Below the pieces are notes generated by a model. The model did not search any database. It was not told the origin of the DNA and saw only the letters and a list, made by a program, of their open reading frames with translations. Positions 29,497 to 43,412 of a stretch of 64,000 nt of DNA are shown piece after piece (the first letter of the stretch is position 1; every line of letters starts with the position of its first letter). Source of the DNA: Eledone cirrhosa (lineage: Eukaryota); contig OZ024742.1 in the NCBI GenBank assembly GCA_964016885.1, forward strand, positions 299,708,001-299,772,000, written 5' to 3'. Both the position numbers and the translations under genes were made by a program.

Positions 29497-29588
29497 GATC
29501 GATACATATGTTTCACAGATGATTTGACTTGCGATCAATATCGATATGATAGACTTAGATCCAGCATCGATCTACTCCTCAGACGTGT
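29497..29588 (-). ncRNA. Hammerhead with long stem II and weak stem I
   Basis: CTGAGGA-gtagat...atctgt-GAAA-C-atat-G-TA. Confidence 0.45.
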
Positions 29589-29681
29589 AGACTCATTCAA
29601 ACATTTACATCTAAATGTAATATTAAATATATATATAACATGATATAATATAATATATATATAAACACACACGCACACATA

Positions 29682-29731
<50 letters not shown>

Positions 29732-29795
29732 CATATATATACATATATATACATATATATATATACATATATATACATATATATACATATATATA

Positions 29796-29839
<44 letters not shown>

Positions 29840-30390
29840 TATATATATGTATATATATATAAACATATGGACTTATAATATATGTGTGTGGGGGTGCATA
29901 TATTTATGCATTACACACAGTATATTATATAAGTGTGTATGTATGTATGTATGCACGCATGTATGCATGTATGCACTCTGAAAAATTCATGCATATTTCG
30001 AAAGAAAGGAACCAACAAGCCGACAGTCAAGCAGTCAAAGAGACAGACAGAGGAGCAAGCAGATAGACAGGCAGATACGCAGCGTAGGAGAGGTTGAGAG
30101 AAAGTATGTAAGAAATATAAAGAGAGAGACAAAGTGACAGACAGAAAATAGTAATATAACATTATTATCGAAGAGTTTGATTCAATAGAAAATCCTGATG
30201 TTTTTTTACTTTTTATTGCATAGGCATTGATACGGTTTCTCCTCTAAGCTTAGCATATGTAAATCTAACGGTAGCCGCAGCATCACATATACTCAAATAC
30301 ACATGTACATGCACATAGGAACACAAATATAAACATACATACATACGTAGTCATGTGTATTTGTGTATATATTAAATACACACACACACA

Positions 30391-30465
<75 letters not shown>

Positions 30466-30771
30466 GGGGGGTGTATTTAATTAATTTGTCATTGAGCCAC
30501 ATCGTGAATGGTTGCCAAAAACTTATATATATATATATCTATGGCTATGTCTGGTTTATGTATATGTAAACCTCTATATTTTATATACTCCCGTAAGGTT
30601 GAGTAGAACTTTAGGCAGTATTCGGCTGCGCTTTCTAGCAACCAGCCTACTCGCCGTCAGGCACCAATCACAAGCTTTCTGACTTGACCACTGGCCATGT
30701 GACAATTCTTAGCCATTTTGAATTCGTTTCTAGCGGGGATCATTTAAGAAAAATCTTGGTCCAATTGAGTT

Positions 30772-30856
30772 TGTTTCCTGATGATTTCAAAACTCGTTGA
30801 TTTATCCATGATCGCATATTTCCAAAAAGCGAATGAAATCTCATGGGGTAGAAACA
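30772..30856 (+). ncRNA. Type I hammerhead ribozyme (family A, diverged copy)
   Basis: tgtttc-CTGATGA-...-GAAA-t-ctcatggg-G-TA-gaaaca; the 6-bp stem I differs in sequence from 8992 but still pairs. Confidence 0.75.
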
Positions 30857-31222
30857 TAATTTTGGTATGTTTATGTACATTTTTTCTTCTAACTTTGATT
30901 TTGTACCTAATTGTGTATGGTTAGCTATATGTCTAGTCAATTTCTACGGGCTATTAGAAATACTACGTAAATCTTCTGTGGCTGTGGATGGCTGATGAAA
31001 TAGCTATCATTTATTTATCTATTATTTCTTCATTGGTACGTTTTAAACGTATAGCCTCGTTTAATGGGTTTTTAATGTGGTTGATTATGGTGATTGGGAG
31101 GAGAAATACTGTATATATTTTATCAAATGATTCTATGGACTTACTTTCTTATATATATATATATAAACGAATGCGTGTCTGCGTGTATATACTCACATAC
31201 ATACGTACATGTATATATATTA

Positions 31223-31305
<83 letters not shown>

Positions 31306-31781
31306 TAAAACATGTCTATAGAATCACCAGATAAAATATATACCATTTCCTCTCCCAATTAGCATAATTAACCATATAAAAAATCGATTAGACCAAGCTA
31401 TAAGAATAAAGGCTTCTATGAGGAAATCTCCGACAAATAACCGAAAGCAGCCCTTCGTGTCGGTTGTATTTTACACCTAATTCTGTTTGGTTGACTGTAT
31501 ATCTGAGCGATTTTTACACGCTGTCGAAATACTCGATAAATACTCCGTCGCAACCGACGCGAAGGGCTGCTTTCGGTTATTTGTCGGAGATTTCTTCATA
31601 GAAGCCTTTATTCTTATAGCTTGGTCTAATCGATTTTTTATATGGTTAATTATGCTAATTGGGAGAGGAAATGGTATATATTTTATCTGGTGATTCTATA
31701 GACATGTTTTATGATATATAGCTCTGATTATTTAATTTATTAACTCTTCATTGAGCCACAAAGTGACCCGTTGCAAAACAC

Positions 31782-31819
<38 letters not shown>

Positions 31820-31912
31820 CTTTATATATATATATATATATATGTAAACCTTTATATATATATATATATATATATGTAAACCTTTATATATATATATATA
31901 TATATGTAAACC

Positions 31913-31977
<65 letters not shown>

Positions 31978-32392
31978 GCTTAGTGATTAGAGAATTAGAT
32001 TCATTGTAAGTTCGAATCCCGGACTGGGTGATGCGTTATGTCCTTGAGCAAGACACTTTATTTCACGTTGCTCCTTCTACCTGGAATTGCGACCGATGGA
32101 TAGTATTAGCAATTGGAAAGACCGATGGACGTATATTAGTGGAGATGTTAGTGGGCTGTGGGAGGAGGGCTAGTAGGGGGCGGGGCGAAGAGATAGAAGG
32201 TGCTGGAGACAGTATGAGTGAGTGTAATGTACTGGTGTGTCTGTGCGTGTTTGGGTATGAGTGTTTGTTTGTGAGGTAGGGTGGGTGTTAGTATTATTAG
32301 TGGTGGGGGGGAATACGGGTGTGTGAGTGGGGGTTAGTGGTGGTAGTGTGGGTGTGAAGTGGGTGATGCATCGGTATATATATATATATATA

Positions 32393-32475
<83 letters not shown>

Positions 32476-32501
32476 TGTATATATATATATATATATATGT
32501 T

Positions 32502-32565
<64 letters not shown>

Positions 32566-32591
32566 TGCATATATATATGTGTGTGTATATA

Positions 32592-32652
<61 letters not shown>

Positions 32653-32862
32653 AATGGAAGTACAGCATATTCGAAGCTCGAGCCGCAGCTACGCCGACGA
32701 ATGCATTCAGAAGTGCAACCAAGCACTCGACAAGGTATAAAACCTCAGAGTAATAACATACAGTTTAAAGGGCTGTGCAAATTGAAAATAGCGACCGGTA
32801 ATTCAGCCGCGGGGTCCGTAGCAACGAAAGAACTAACTCGCGAGAAAAAATACATACATATA

Positions 32863-32903
<41 letters not shown>

Positions 32904-33531
32904 CCTGGACCATCGCTTCGAAATTTTGCAATATCTCAGTTAGGTTTCTGTAAATCCGAAATCAACAAAATCCGCTTGTAGTGTATGCAAGTTAAGTTTC
33001 TGGAAGATCGAACAGTGGATTTACTTTCTCAACAGGCTTTCGCTCTGACACCAGTCCGGTTGTGAGGGCACATGTTACTCCAAAGGGAGCTAACCCCAGT
33101 TTATGGCGTTCAAATACAAATTATAAGAAATGGAAAAAGTTCCATACACAAACTGAATTAAGCACTCAACCAGACCGTTATTAAACTAACATAAATAATT
33201 AACCAATCAATTGTATTGTCTAATTAAATCAATCAATTAATCATTAGGTCTAGGAGATAGTAATATAAATGGAAGTACAGCATATTCGAAGCTCGAGCCG
33301 CAGCTAAACCGACGAATGCATTCAGCAGTGCAGCCAAGCACTCGACAAGGTATAGGACGTCAGAGTAAACATTTCCAGCTGCAATGGCTAACTACTTCTG
33401 TCAGGCACCGAGACAGATTATTCTTACGTCGCATCAATGGGCATGTCGACAATTTGCGAACTGGTGTCAAGAGGAATTAGTTAATTACATCGAAATCGAA
33501 ATCATGCAGAAATAATAAACATGCTCCTGCT

Positions 33532-34299
33532 TTATTCACTTTTCTTCTTTTTAGCCGGAGTTTCGTTGTTCCATTCTATATTGAGTTTAAATTGTCCATC
33601 AACTGCATCTTCTTGTGAATTTGGTGGTACGGTTTCGTTACATTCTAGGATTATTGTATCGTTATCGGATTCTGGACTTGCAGGTTTAGATATATTTATG
33701 ATAGGTCTGTTTACCTCATCTACGCTTTCAATAGCTTCTAGTACTTTGCACAATTCTTCATCATCCGACGAAATTTCGTGATGTACTTGTAATTCTGAAA
33801 CGTAATCGTTAAAATGTATTTCCCACATTTCGGGAGTCAATTGTCTCTTCGTGCTTTTGAGAAACGGTGTTGCCGTTCTAAACATATATTTTGTTATTCT
33901 GCTTTTAAAAGCTTCTTTTTCGGTTGAAGGCGCGTGTCTATCAAACGGCGAGTTAGTAGTTATGAAAATAGGAGTTCTGTTAACTATCTGCGCAGGTTTA
34001 TATTTTATCTCTACAGCGCATGGTTCTCCCTCAGATATTTTTTTAAATGGTTGCAGTGTTTCTAATGTCATATTCGGTTCCTCAAATATTACAATTTCGG
34101 TATTAGGTATTTCCATGAATGGAAAATTGCTAGTTTCGTGTATCGTCGCTGTGTATCGAAATAGTTCTGCTATTGATTGTGTTATAAATGTCTTTCCGCT
34201 ATTAGGTACACCTTCTAGTACGAACGTGTTTTATTTAGGTTTCGATTTATTGATGATGTCCCACACATCTTGTATAAATTGGTGCTCGTCAATGCCTTG
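33532..34299 (-). pseudogene. Endogenous parvovirus/densovirus NS1 fragment (SF3 helicase plus acidic/NLS tail)
   Basis: QGIDEHQFIQDVWDIINKSKPK*NTFVLE, then Walker A GVPNSGKT (34212-34189), Walker B IVIFEEP, and EIKYK..RTPIFITTN (B'/C). One in-frame TAA at 34233-34231. Ends PAKKKKSE* with an overlapping AATAAA. Confidence 0.9.
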
Positions 34300-36037
34300 T
34301 TACCGACATGTTACCTCCGACATTAACCCAAGCCTTCATGTCGTCATGGAAAGACCTAACTAAAGCAAGGAACTTATCAGGGCAACCAAGTTTCTGGTGA
34401 ACCTTCCATAATGCATTTCTGTTAACAGTATCGAAAGCTTTTGTCAGATCGACAAAAACCTGATACAGATCCAAACCTTGTTCCATGCACTTCTCCTGGA
34501 GCTGTCCAGCTGAGAAGATCATATCAGTAGTGCCGCGTCCAGCACGAAAACCAGATTGACTTTCAGGAAGAACACAATCTGCAATGTGTGTCAGCAGACG
34601 GTCCAGAAGCACCCTACATAAAACTTTCCCTACGACAGAAAGCAATGATATACCTCTGTAGTTCCCACAATCATTCCTGTTACCCTTTCCCTTGTACAAG
34701 ACCACCATTACTGCATCTCTCCAGTCTTCAGGTACGGATTCATTAGCCCATATCCTGCCAAACAAAGAGTGAAGATGTTGCAGGAGTCTCTCACTACCAT
34801 ATTGTAGGAGCTCAGCATGTATGCCATCCATACCTGGATACCTTCCACTGTTCAGCTTCGAGATAGCCACTGCCATCTCCACGAGCGTCGGAGGTTATGC
34901 GAGAGCTATTTTCACAGGACTTTCTGGAATGAGATTGAGGAAATCTTCACTGACGACAGACGGCTGATTCAAAAGATCATCAAAGTGCTCTCGCCACCTT
35001 CGTAGAATTCTTTATGAGTCACGAAGAAGTTATTTGCCATCCTTGCTGCGGAGCGGTGTCACCAGAGAAGAAGACGGTCCATAAACCTTACGCAAGAGAC
35101 TGTAAAACAGCTTTGTGTTATTGGAATATGACGCAGTTTGTATCTCACCAGCCTTCTCACTCCACCACTGATCCTTCATCTGAGAAAGACTCCGCCTAAC
35201 ACGTGATTTTACATTCTTGAGTTCCTCATGCAACGTATTCCTCTCCTGTGGTTTTGCCGTCAAGTAGCGTGACAGAGCACGCCTCTTATCAGCCAACAAG
35301 TCTTCTATATGTACATCATTCTCATTAAACCAGTCCTGATGTTTTCTCTGCACCAATCCCAGAACACGCCTGCCTACATCATAAACCGACGTTTTAAGAG
35401 TCGGCCAATCCTCACCAAGATCTGCAGCCAATGTCCTCTTCACATTTTCACCCATAAGACGAGCAGCATTCAGTCTCCTAGTCAGGGTAACACCAGGAGC
35501 CCGGATTTTACGTTTAGTGATTAGTTTCACTTTTGCGCGTACTAGGCGGTGGTCCGTCCAGCACTCAGCTCCACGAAGAGCACGAACACACTGCACATCC
35601 TGTCTGTCACGCATCCTGATTAGGACGTAGTCCAAAATATGCCATTTCTTAGATGCAGGATGCATCCATGTGGTCTTGAATTTGTTCTTTTGTTGGAACA
35701 TGGTGTTGGTAACACACAGATCCAGTTCCTCACACATCTGCAGCAGGAGCATACCATTGTTGTTACACCTTCCCACCCCATGCCTTCCGATTACATTCCA
35801 TGTGTTAAAATCCCTACCCACTCTAGCATTAAAGTTACCAAGCACGATGACTTTGTCTGCCTGAGGGATATTTCTTAAAACACCTTTCAAGGCATGGTAA
35901 AAGGACACTTTTACTTCAACGACAGAATTCATAGTTTGAGCATACACACTCACCAGGGTCGCATATCTTCCTTTGTCCGGCGGAATTCTCATGGACATAA
36001 GACGCTCACTAATCCCTACTGGGAATTCTTCTAATTT
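34300..36037 (-). mobile_element. RTE-clade LINE internal fragment (APE endonuclease plus RT N-half)
   Basis: LGNFNARVG, TWMHPASKKWHILDYVL, TDHRLV; NYRGISLLS, ESQSGFR, FVDLTKAFDTV; frameshift near 35030-34900. Confidence 0.92.
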
Positions 36038-36083
36038 GTATATATACATACATACGTACATACATACATACATACATACATTC

Positions 36084-36114
<31 letters not shown>

Positions 36115-36149
36115 CATACATACATACATACATACATACATACATACAT

Positions 36150-39100
36150 AGAAAGGTCAGCTGACTCTAGTAGTAATTGTCACCACATCAACAACGAGGC
36201 TGAAATTCATGACTCTACTGAACAAACAGAGCACCAAAAACTTGTGGGCTCCCTACAAGTGATATGGAACGATATGTTTCAAGAGATACACAGCCTTAAT
36301 GTGAGTGACAGACCATACAACACTAGAGTCAGTAAAGAACCCACTAAATTGGAATTGGAAGCGGTGAACGAAATAGCTGGCAGTTATCTGAAGGCTATAC
36401 GATCTAAAGGTGTAGAAACGACATTTGAAACGCTTAATGTTTTGTTATATGTTTCAGCTGTCACATTGCTATCATATAACACACATCTAAAACCACGCAA
36501 TCAAGATACAAGCAGAAAGCCTGAACCAGCGTGGATGCGAAATTTAAAATCCAAAATGTTGTCCCTGAGACGAAGTATCTCACATATCGCAGTCGTTATG
36601 AAATGCAACATAGAGAGCAACCTCACACGACACCAGGAAGACCTAAAGATAAAGTTAGAGAGAAGATTTGGAGATACAAAATTTAAAACTTTGAACTCCA
36701 AATTACACCAGTTGAAACAACAACTCACAGCTACAACAGAAAGATTGAAATATAAGTCAACAGCACATAAACGACAAGTGCTAAATAGATTGTTTGCCAG
36801 AGATCCTAAATCAGTTTATCGCAGCTTCGGTGGCAAAAGCTCAATCTCTGTAAATGACACCCCTTCAAAAGAACAGGTTGAGAGCTACTGAAGATCTGTA
36901 TGGGAAACGGATGACGGATTCAACAGACAAACTAATTGGCTAAAAGAACTGGAACAGGACTACTGCCAACATGTCCAGACAAAACAATATGACATAGATG
37001 GGTCAATACTGGAAACAGCTCTACAGAAAATGTCGAATAGGAAATCGCCAGGCCCAGACCTCATTACAGGATACTGGTTGAAGAATTTCACTTTCTATCG
37101 GCAAGATCTCATACGGCTGTTTACAGAAACCATTAAGGGCACACAAGAACTGCCCAGATGGTTATCAACTGCCTCTACTCTCCTCATTCCCAAAAATAGC
37201 CAAACCACCCTTGCTAAAAATTACCGCCCAATTGCCTGCCAAAACATCATGTATAAATTATATACTGGGTGCCTTAACCTGTTCTTACAGGATCACTGTG
37301 CTACCAACAACATCATAACACCTGAGCAAGCTGGTGGAAAGAGGGAGGTGTGGGGTTGCATAGATCACCTACTAACTAACAAAATGATTCAGGAAAAAAC
37401 AACAAAGAATCGCAGAAACATGACTGTCGTGTGGCTGGACTATCAAAAAGCATTTGATAGTGTACCTCATGGTTGGATTGTTAAGGCTTTACAGTAAGCT
37501 AAAGTCCCACAACCATTGGTAGCTGCTGTTGAACGCCTGACCAAGAACTGGTACACCAGTTTGATCCTTAGAGGTGAGAAGGAGCAGGTTAAGACTGATA
37601 AGATACATTACCAGAAGGGCATCTTTCAAGGTGATAGCTTGTCAGTGCTACTCTTCGTTCTCTCACTGAATCCACTATCTTACCTACTCAGGAAACAAGG
37701 TGGACAAAGAAGTGGGCCCAGAAGTATCTCCCATCTTTTCTTTGTTGATGACCTGAAGTTGTATGGGCCAAATATCAATGACATCAAGAAACAATTGGAC
37801 CTCATTACACAATTTTCAACCGACATCAAAATGAAATTTGGTGAGTCCAAGTGTGCATATTTGGCAGTAAAACGTGGAAGAGCTGTGCCCTCCTCTAGAA
37901 ATCTAGAGATGAACGGCCTGACAATACAACCTCTGCAGTCAGGTGACAACTACAGATATCTTGGACAGGATGAGAATGTCAGATATGATGGACCCATAAA
38001 TAAGGAGAGAACCAGAACTGAATAACTCAGAAGAGTAAAGAAAATATGGTCATCAGAACTGTCAGCATACAACAAATACATTGCCCACAATACTTATGCT
38101 GTGCCAATTCTAACGCCAACATTTGGCCTACTGAACTGGTCATTGCAAGAACTAAGTGAGATGGATGTTAGAACTCGAAAACTTCTCAGTGTTACTGGGA
38201 ACTTTAACATCAATGGTGATGTGGATAGGCTATACTTCTCACGCAAGGAAGGTGGCCGGGGTCTAAAATCAATATTAACAACATATGAGACCCGGATAGT
38301 AACACTGAAGCAACACCTTCAACAGAGGAAAAAGGTTGGCAACCATCTTGCCCAGGTTTATGACCATGAAAAAAGAAATATCATTAGAATAGCGACTGAT
38401 CTGGAGGAGAGATATGGAATAAAGCCTGATATAAATCTCTCACCCAGAGAAATCGGAAGATCCTATTCAATGTTCAAACAAGATAAAAAAATTGACCAAT
38501 TTACAGAAAAAGTTGTGCATGGATACTTGAGGCGTAAAACACAGACCATAGAGGGGATAAACCACTCAAAAAGCCTGGCATGGAGTTCCGACAAGTTTAT
38601 GACATCACACCTTGAGGGATATCTCTATGCAATACAGGAACAAGAACTCCCTACCAAATATCTGCTGCACAAAAGAGGAGGGCCAGCAGCTGACAATAAA
38701 TGTAGGCTATGTAAAACAAAGATCGAGGATGTAAGCCACATTGTTGCCAGCTGCGAAAGAATGTCATCTCGCTACTACCTCCCCATGAGACACGATGGGA
38801 TAGCTAGAACCATCTGGAACGCACTTCGGAAAACAAAATTAACAACAAACGAGGAAGAATATATTGAGACAGATGGCACTAAGGAATACTGGTGGAACCT
38901 GAAAATAAAAACTGCCACCAAATTAAAGCACAACCGGCCTGATATTGTAGTTTGGGACCATACATTGAAAACGTGTTCTGTTGTGGAGATCAGCTGCCCA
39001 CTTGATGTAAACGTTGTCAGAAAAATGCAGGAGAAGGAGGACATCTACGGACCATTGATGAGGAGTTTACAAATCCAGTATCCAAGATACACCTTTAGCT

Positions 39101-39353
39101 TCATACCCATCATTATTGGTGCTACTGGTTATATACCAACCCGCTTGGACCAAAGTATGACTGAACTTGGATTTGCGGACAAAAAGCGCAGCTCCCTAAT
39201 TCATAGTCTACAAATGGCTGCGATAGCTGGCACCTTCAAAATTTGCAAAACATTCTTGCGATTCAAGGGATGACAATTTCTTTTCTTTTACAACCTTGCC
39301 ACCAGGAAGGTGGCCGGTCAAAAAAATATACTCGAAATTAAGAGAAAGAGAAA
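36150..39353 (+). mobile_element. R4/Dong-like non-LTR retrotransposon (RT, CCHC, restriction-like endonuclease), 5'-truncated, three in-frame stops
   Basis: Four ORF pieces share one frame: KSPGPD, NYRPIAC, LDYQKAFDSVPH, GIFQGDSLS, FVDDLK, CRLC..HIVASC, RHD, RPDIVV..VVEISCP. Confidence 0.93.
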
Positions 39354-40145
39354 ACATACATACATACCAATACACAAACAGATAAACATGCATGTATGTA
39401 TGCACAAAAACGTACATACATATAGACATAAATACACGCAAACATACACACATACATATGTATACACACAAAAACATACATACATACGTACATACATACA
39501 CACAAATGTACATACCTACAAGCGTATATAGCTACATACATACATGAATACATACACATCAATTCACCTTCACATCTCATCACATCCATCTGCCTCCTAT
39601 ATTTGTTTCTTTTTTCGTGTTATTTCATCACCAAATAAGATTATCAATAAATTGCATGTTTAAATTCTTAACTTTCGTAGTGTTCTTGTTTGTCCTGTTA
39701 GTAGAATAATCTCGTTAACTTGTTAATATTACAGAATGATTCAAACTATAAAGATCATGTATGCATGTATGAACGTATGTACATATGTATGCGCGGGGAC
39801 ATAGAAATAATCGGGCTGGATACGCGATCGCGCGGTTAAACCACTGGGAGTGAAGGACCCTAGACTTTGTCAGAGCATTCTTCTAGGAGAAGGCAACTCA
39901 GGAAACTGGGATAACTCCGATATAAAACCTGCGGCTCAGTAGTTACCGATGATGTTGATCTTTTCTTCTTTTTTGGTTATAGCTATTGTCGCTCAGAGAG
40001 TGGGATTGACTCAGTGCACAGTCTTTCCTCACTTAAAAAAAAAAGTTCACGCACAGGCATTGCATGATAGCATTAATTGATAATTATTATTAATGGTATA
40101 TCGTGCAATGGCCATACTCGAGGCGGCAGCCATCATGTATGTATG

Positions 40146-40915
40146 TTTCTCTTTCTCTTAATTTCGAGTACATTTTTGACCGGCCACCTTCCTGGTGGCA
40201 AGGTTGTAAAAAAAAAGAAATTGTCATCTCTTGAATCGTAAGAATGTTTTGCAAATTTTGAAGGTGCCAGGTATCGCAGCCATTTTTAGTCTATGAATTA
40301 AGGAACTGCGCTTTTTGTCTACAAATCCAAGTTCAGTCATACTTTGGTCCAAGCGGGCTGGTATATAACCTGTCACTCCAATAATAATGGGTATAAATCT
40401 GAAGGTGCATCTTGGATACTGGATCTGCAAACTCCTCATCATTGGTCCGTAGATGTCCTCCTTCTCCTGTATTTTTCTGATAACGTTTACTCAAGTGGGC
40501 AGCTGATCTCCACAACAGAACACATTTTCAATGTGTGGTCCCAAACAGTAATATCTGGCCGGTTGTGCTTTAATTTGGTGACAGTTTTTATTTTCAGGGT
40601 CCACCAGTATTCCTTAGTGCCATCTATCTCAACATATTCCTCCTCATTTGTTTTTAATTTTGTTTTCTTTAGTGCATTCCAGATGGTTCTAGCTATCACA
40701 TCGTCTCCCATATGGAGGTAATAACGAGAAGATATTCTTTCACAGTTGGTAACAATGTGGCTAACATCTTCGATCTTTGTTTTACAAAGCCTACATTTAT
40801 TGTCGACTGATGGCCCTCCTCTTTTGTGTAGCAGATATTCGGTAAGGATTTCTTGTTCCTGTATTGCATAAATATATACTTCAAGGTGGGTTGCCATAAA
40901 CTTGTCAGAACTCCA
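40146..40915 (-). mobile_element. Second, shorter copy of the R4/Dong-like element
   Basis: CRLCKTKIEDVSHIV, KHNRPDI, KTFLRFK and the same 3' UTR. Confidence 0.93.
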
Positions 40916-40929
40916 TATATGTATGTTCT

Positions 40930-41145
40930 TCTTTCGGGACAAATGCATTCGATTTTCAGAGAGTGGAATTGGCCCCGTGCAAGCCCTTTCCTAAATTAAC
41001 AAAGCTTCAAGCACAGACATTGCTTAATATGTGACATATTCTTTTGCAATACATGGTATTGCTGGCCATAGGCAAGTCCCTAGCAGGACTAGGAAGCCAT
41101 GTCCGTGATGCTCATGCTTAAGTATCGAGTTGCAGCCATCATCAT
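40930..41145 (+). mobile_element. RTE 3' end remnant
   Basis: GKSLAGLGSHVR (zinc-finger-like) followed by gcagccatcatcat(gtat)n. Confidence 0.55.
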
Positions 41146-41684
41146 GTATGTATGTATGTATGTATACATGTATGTATTCATGTATGCATTCATGTATGTA
41201 TGATATATATGTGTGTGTATATAAAAATATATATTTGTAAAAATAAAAGTGTTAAAATCTCTTTAAAACATGGCTACAGTTTACTGAAACCAGTAACTAA
41301 TATTTATCCTCCAATTTTTACATAATTCCATGTAAGTAATATATTAAATATCTTAAACGTATTCAGTTAGTGAAGATAGGAATTAAAACCTAGCATATAT
41401 CAACACTAGAGTATACATACTACCATGTCGTACATTGTTCCACTATCTTTATATTTATCTTTGACGGTAGGAATAATCGAGAATATATTTTGAATTGTGA
41501 TAACAAGATTACAAGCGTTGCATTGGGCTCTTGGGCAATAATACATTGTACCATTCTTATCTTGCAAATTGTATATACGCTCATCTTGCGAAAGTGTACA
41601 TACGCTTTGTATTGAAGGTTACGAGAATGAGTGCTCAATATCGTAGAGTAAATTAATATCTTCTTTATTAATGCCAAGTTAGAA

Positions 41685-41735
41685 TACTATTACTCTGGAA
41701 TTTCGCCTGTGTATTCACAGTTTCATCAGAAAAGA
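41685..41735 (-). ncRNA. Hammerhead motif (degenerate relatives inside the 41.9-42.5 kb palindrome)
   Basis: CTGATGA-aa-ctgtg-aata-cacag-gc-GAAA-ttc-ca-gag-TA; weak stem I. Confidence 0.5.
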
Positions 41736-41818
41736 TGTATTGTTTGACGAACATGTGAATACACAAATGAATCTCCAAACTTGGCGCCAAAAACGATTCA
41801 TGTATGCACAATTTACTT

Positions 41819-41870
<52 letters not shown>

Positions 41871-41899
41871 TGTGTGTTTCTCTGTCTGTGGATTGGCAG

Positions 41900-42500
41900 T
41901 AACGGTAGAGGGTCCGACGCCATGCTTTGACGCAAAGAGTTACGGCCCTTTCCATTCTGAGTTCAAATCCCGCCAAAGTAAACTTTGCCTTTCATCCTTA
42001 CGGGGTAGATAAAATAAAGTACCAGTAATGCACTGGGTCATTGCTGGCCTTGTGCTGAAAGTAGAAACAATTATGTATATTAAGGCTAAAAAGTAAGTCT
42101 TGTTATTCCGGAGTTTTGCCTGTTTATCACAGGGTCATCATGCGAAACTTCTAAGTAACAAGATTCATTTTAGCCTTAATATAAATGCATATTAAAATTC
42201 TAATTTTAATATGCATTTATATTAAGGCTAAAATGAATCTTGTTACTTAGAAGTTTCGCATGATGACCCTGTGATAAACAGGCAAAACTCCGGAATAACA
42301 AGAATTACTTTTTAGCCTTAATATACATAATTGTTTCTACTTTCAGCACAAGGCCAGCAATGACCCAGTGCATTACTGGTACTTTATTTTATCTACCCCG
42401 TAAGGATGAAAGGCAAAGTTTACTTTGGCGGGATTTGAACTCAGAATGGAAAGGGCCGTAACTCTTTGCGTCAAAGCATGACGTCCGACCCTCTACCGTT
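41900..42500. repeat. ~600-bp near-perfect palindrome including a SINE in each arm
   Basis: Centre near 42200 (atgcatattaaaatt-ct-aattttaatatgcat). Confidence 0.9.
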
Positions 42501-42766
42501 ATATATATATATATAGTAATAATAATCAATTTGAAGACTAAAATCCAAAGAAGGCTCGATAAGGATAAATATATATCAAATATATAAGAACCGTAGAGCA
42601 AATATTTATTAAAATAACAGATTAAAGTTTAAGCAAAGAATCGTTGCTTTCACCCTTAACGGGATCTTCTGAAACTAACAAAGTCAATCTGTGAACGCAG
42701 AAATGAATATTTCAAAAAACGTTGCAACCGGAGGAAGACAGGAAGACAATACTTTGGTTCGTGGAA

Positions 42767-43037
42767 ACGTTCCCTGGCAAAGAACGGGAAAAGACGAATA
42801 TAATACGTCATTAATAGGAGCGTTGAAAAACAATTACACGCAAAGACAAAATCACGTAAATGGTATAAAAGAAGTCGTAGACTAATATTCTATTAGGTGG
42901 TTCATAGAGACGTTCTCTGGCAATGAACGAAGAAAACGAAGATAATACGTCATATGTGGAGCGGGGAGAACAATTGCACGCAAAGACAAAACCACGTAAA
43001 TTGTATAACTGAAGTCGTAGACTAAAATTCTAACTAG
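42767..43037. repeat. Imperfect ~143-bp tandem duplication inside an element with ~35-bp inverted ends (42602-43208)
   Basis: acgttc.ctggcaa...gaagtcgtagactaa occurs twice. Confidence 0.75.
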
Positions 43038-43199
43038 GAAACCGAATGATTCTCGGCTTCAGAGTTAAGAATAAAGTAAATAAAATACAGAGGTAAATGA
43101 AATTAAATAAATACATACACGCATCCATATACGTACATACACAAGCATAGGCGAAAACACTCGCCATATGTATTGCTTAAACTTTAGTCTGTTATTTTA

Positions 43200-43272
<73 letters not shown>

Positions 43273-43412
43273 AAGGTTAAACAAGGTTCAATGAATAAAT
43301 TAAAGAATGAGTTTTACGATAGATTGGAAGCACTCAAGAGCTATGGTTTTCCGGAGTTATTAATATTAATTCAAAATATTAACAAAAATAGACATTCGTG
43401 TGATCAAGTATA

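Noticed and set aside
36889-36891. In-frame TGA as selenocysteine or readthrough
   Set aside because: It lies at a probable Trp (TGG>TGA) and two further TAA stops follow, which indicates ordinary decay.
42640-42680. Hammerhead-like CAGAAGA-tccc..gggt-GAAA (also at 61168)
   Set aside because: The core is altered and there is no stem III or cleavage triplet.
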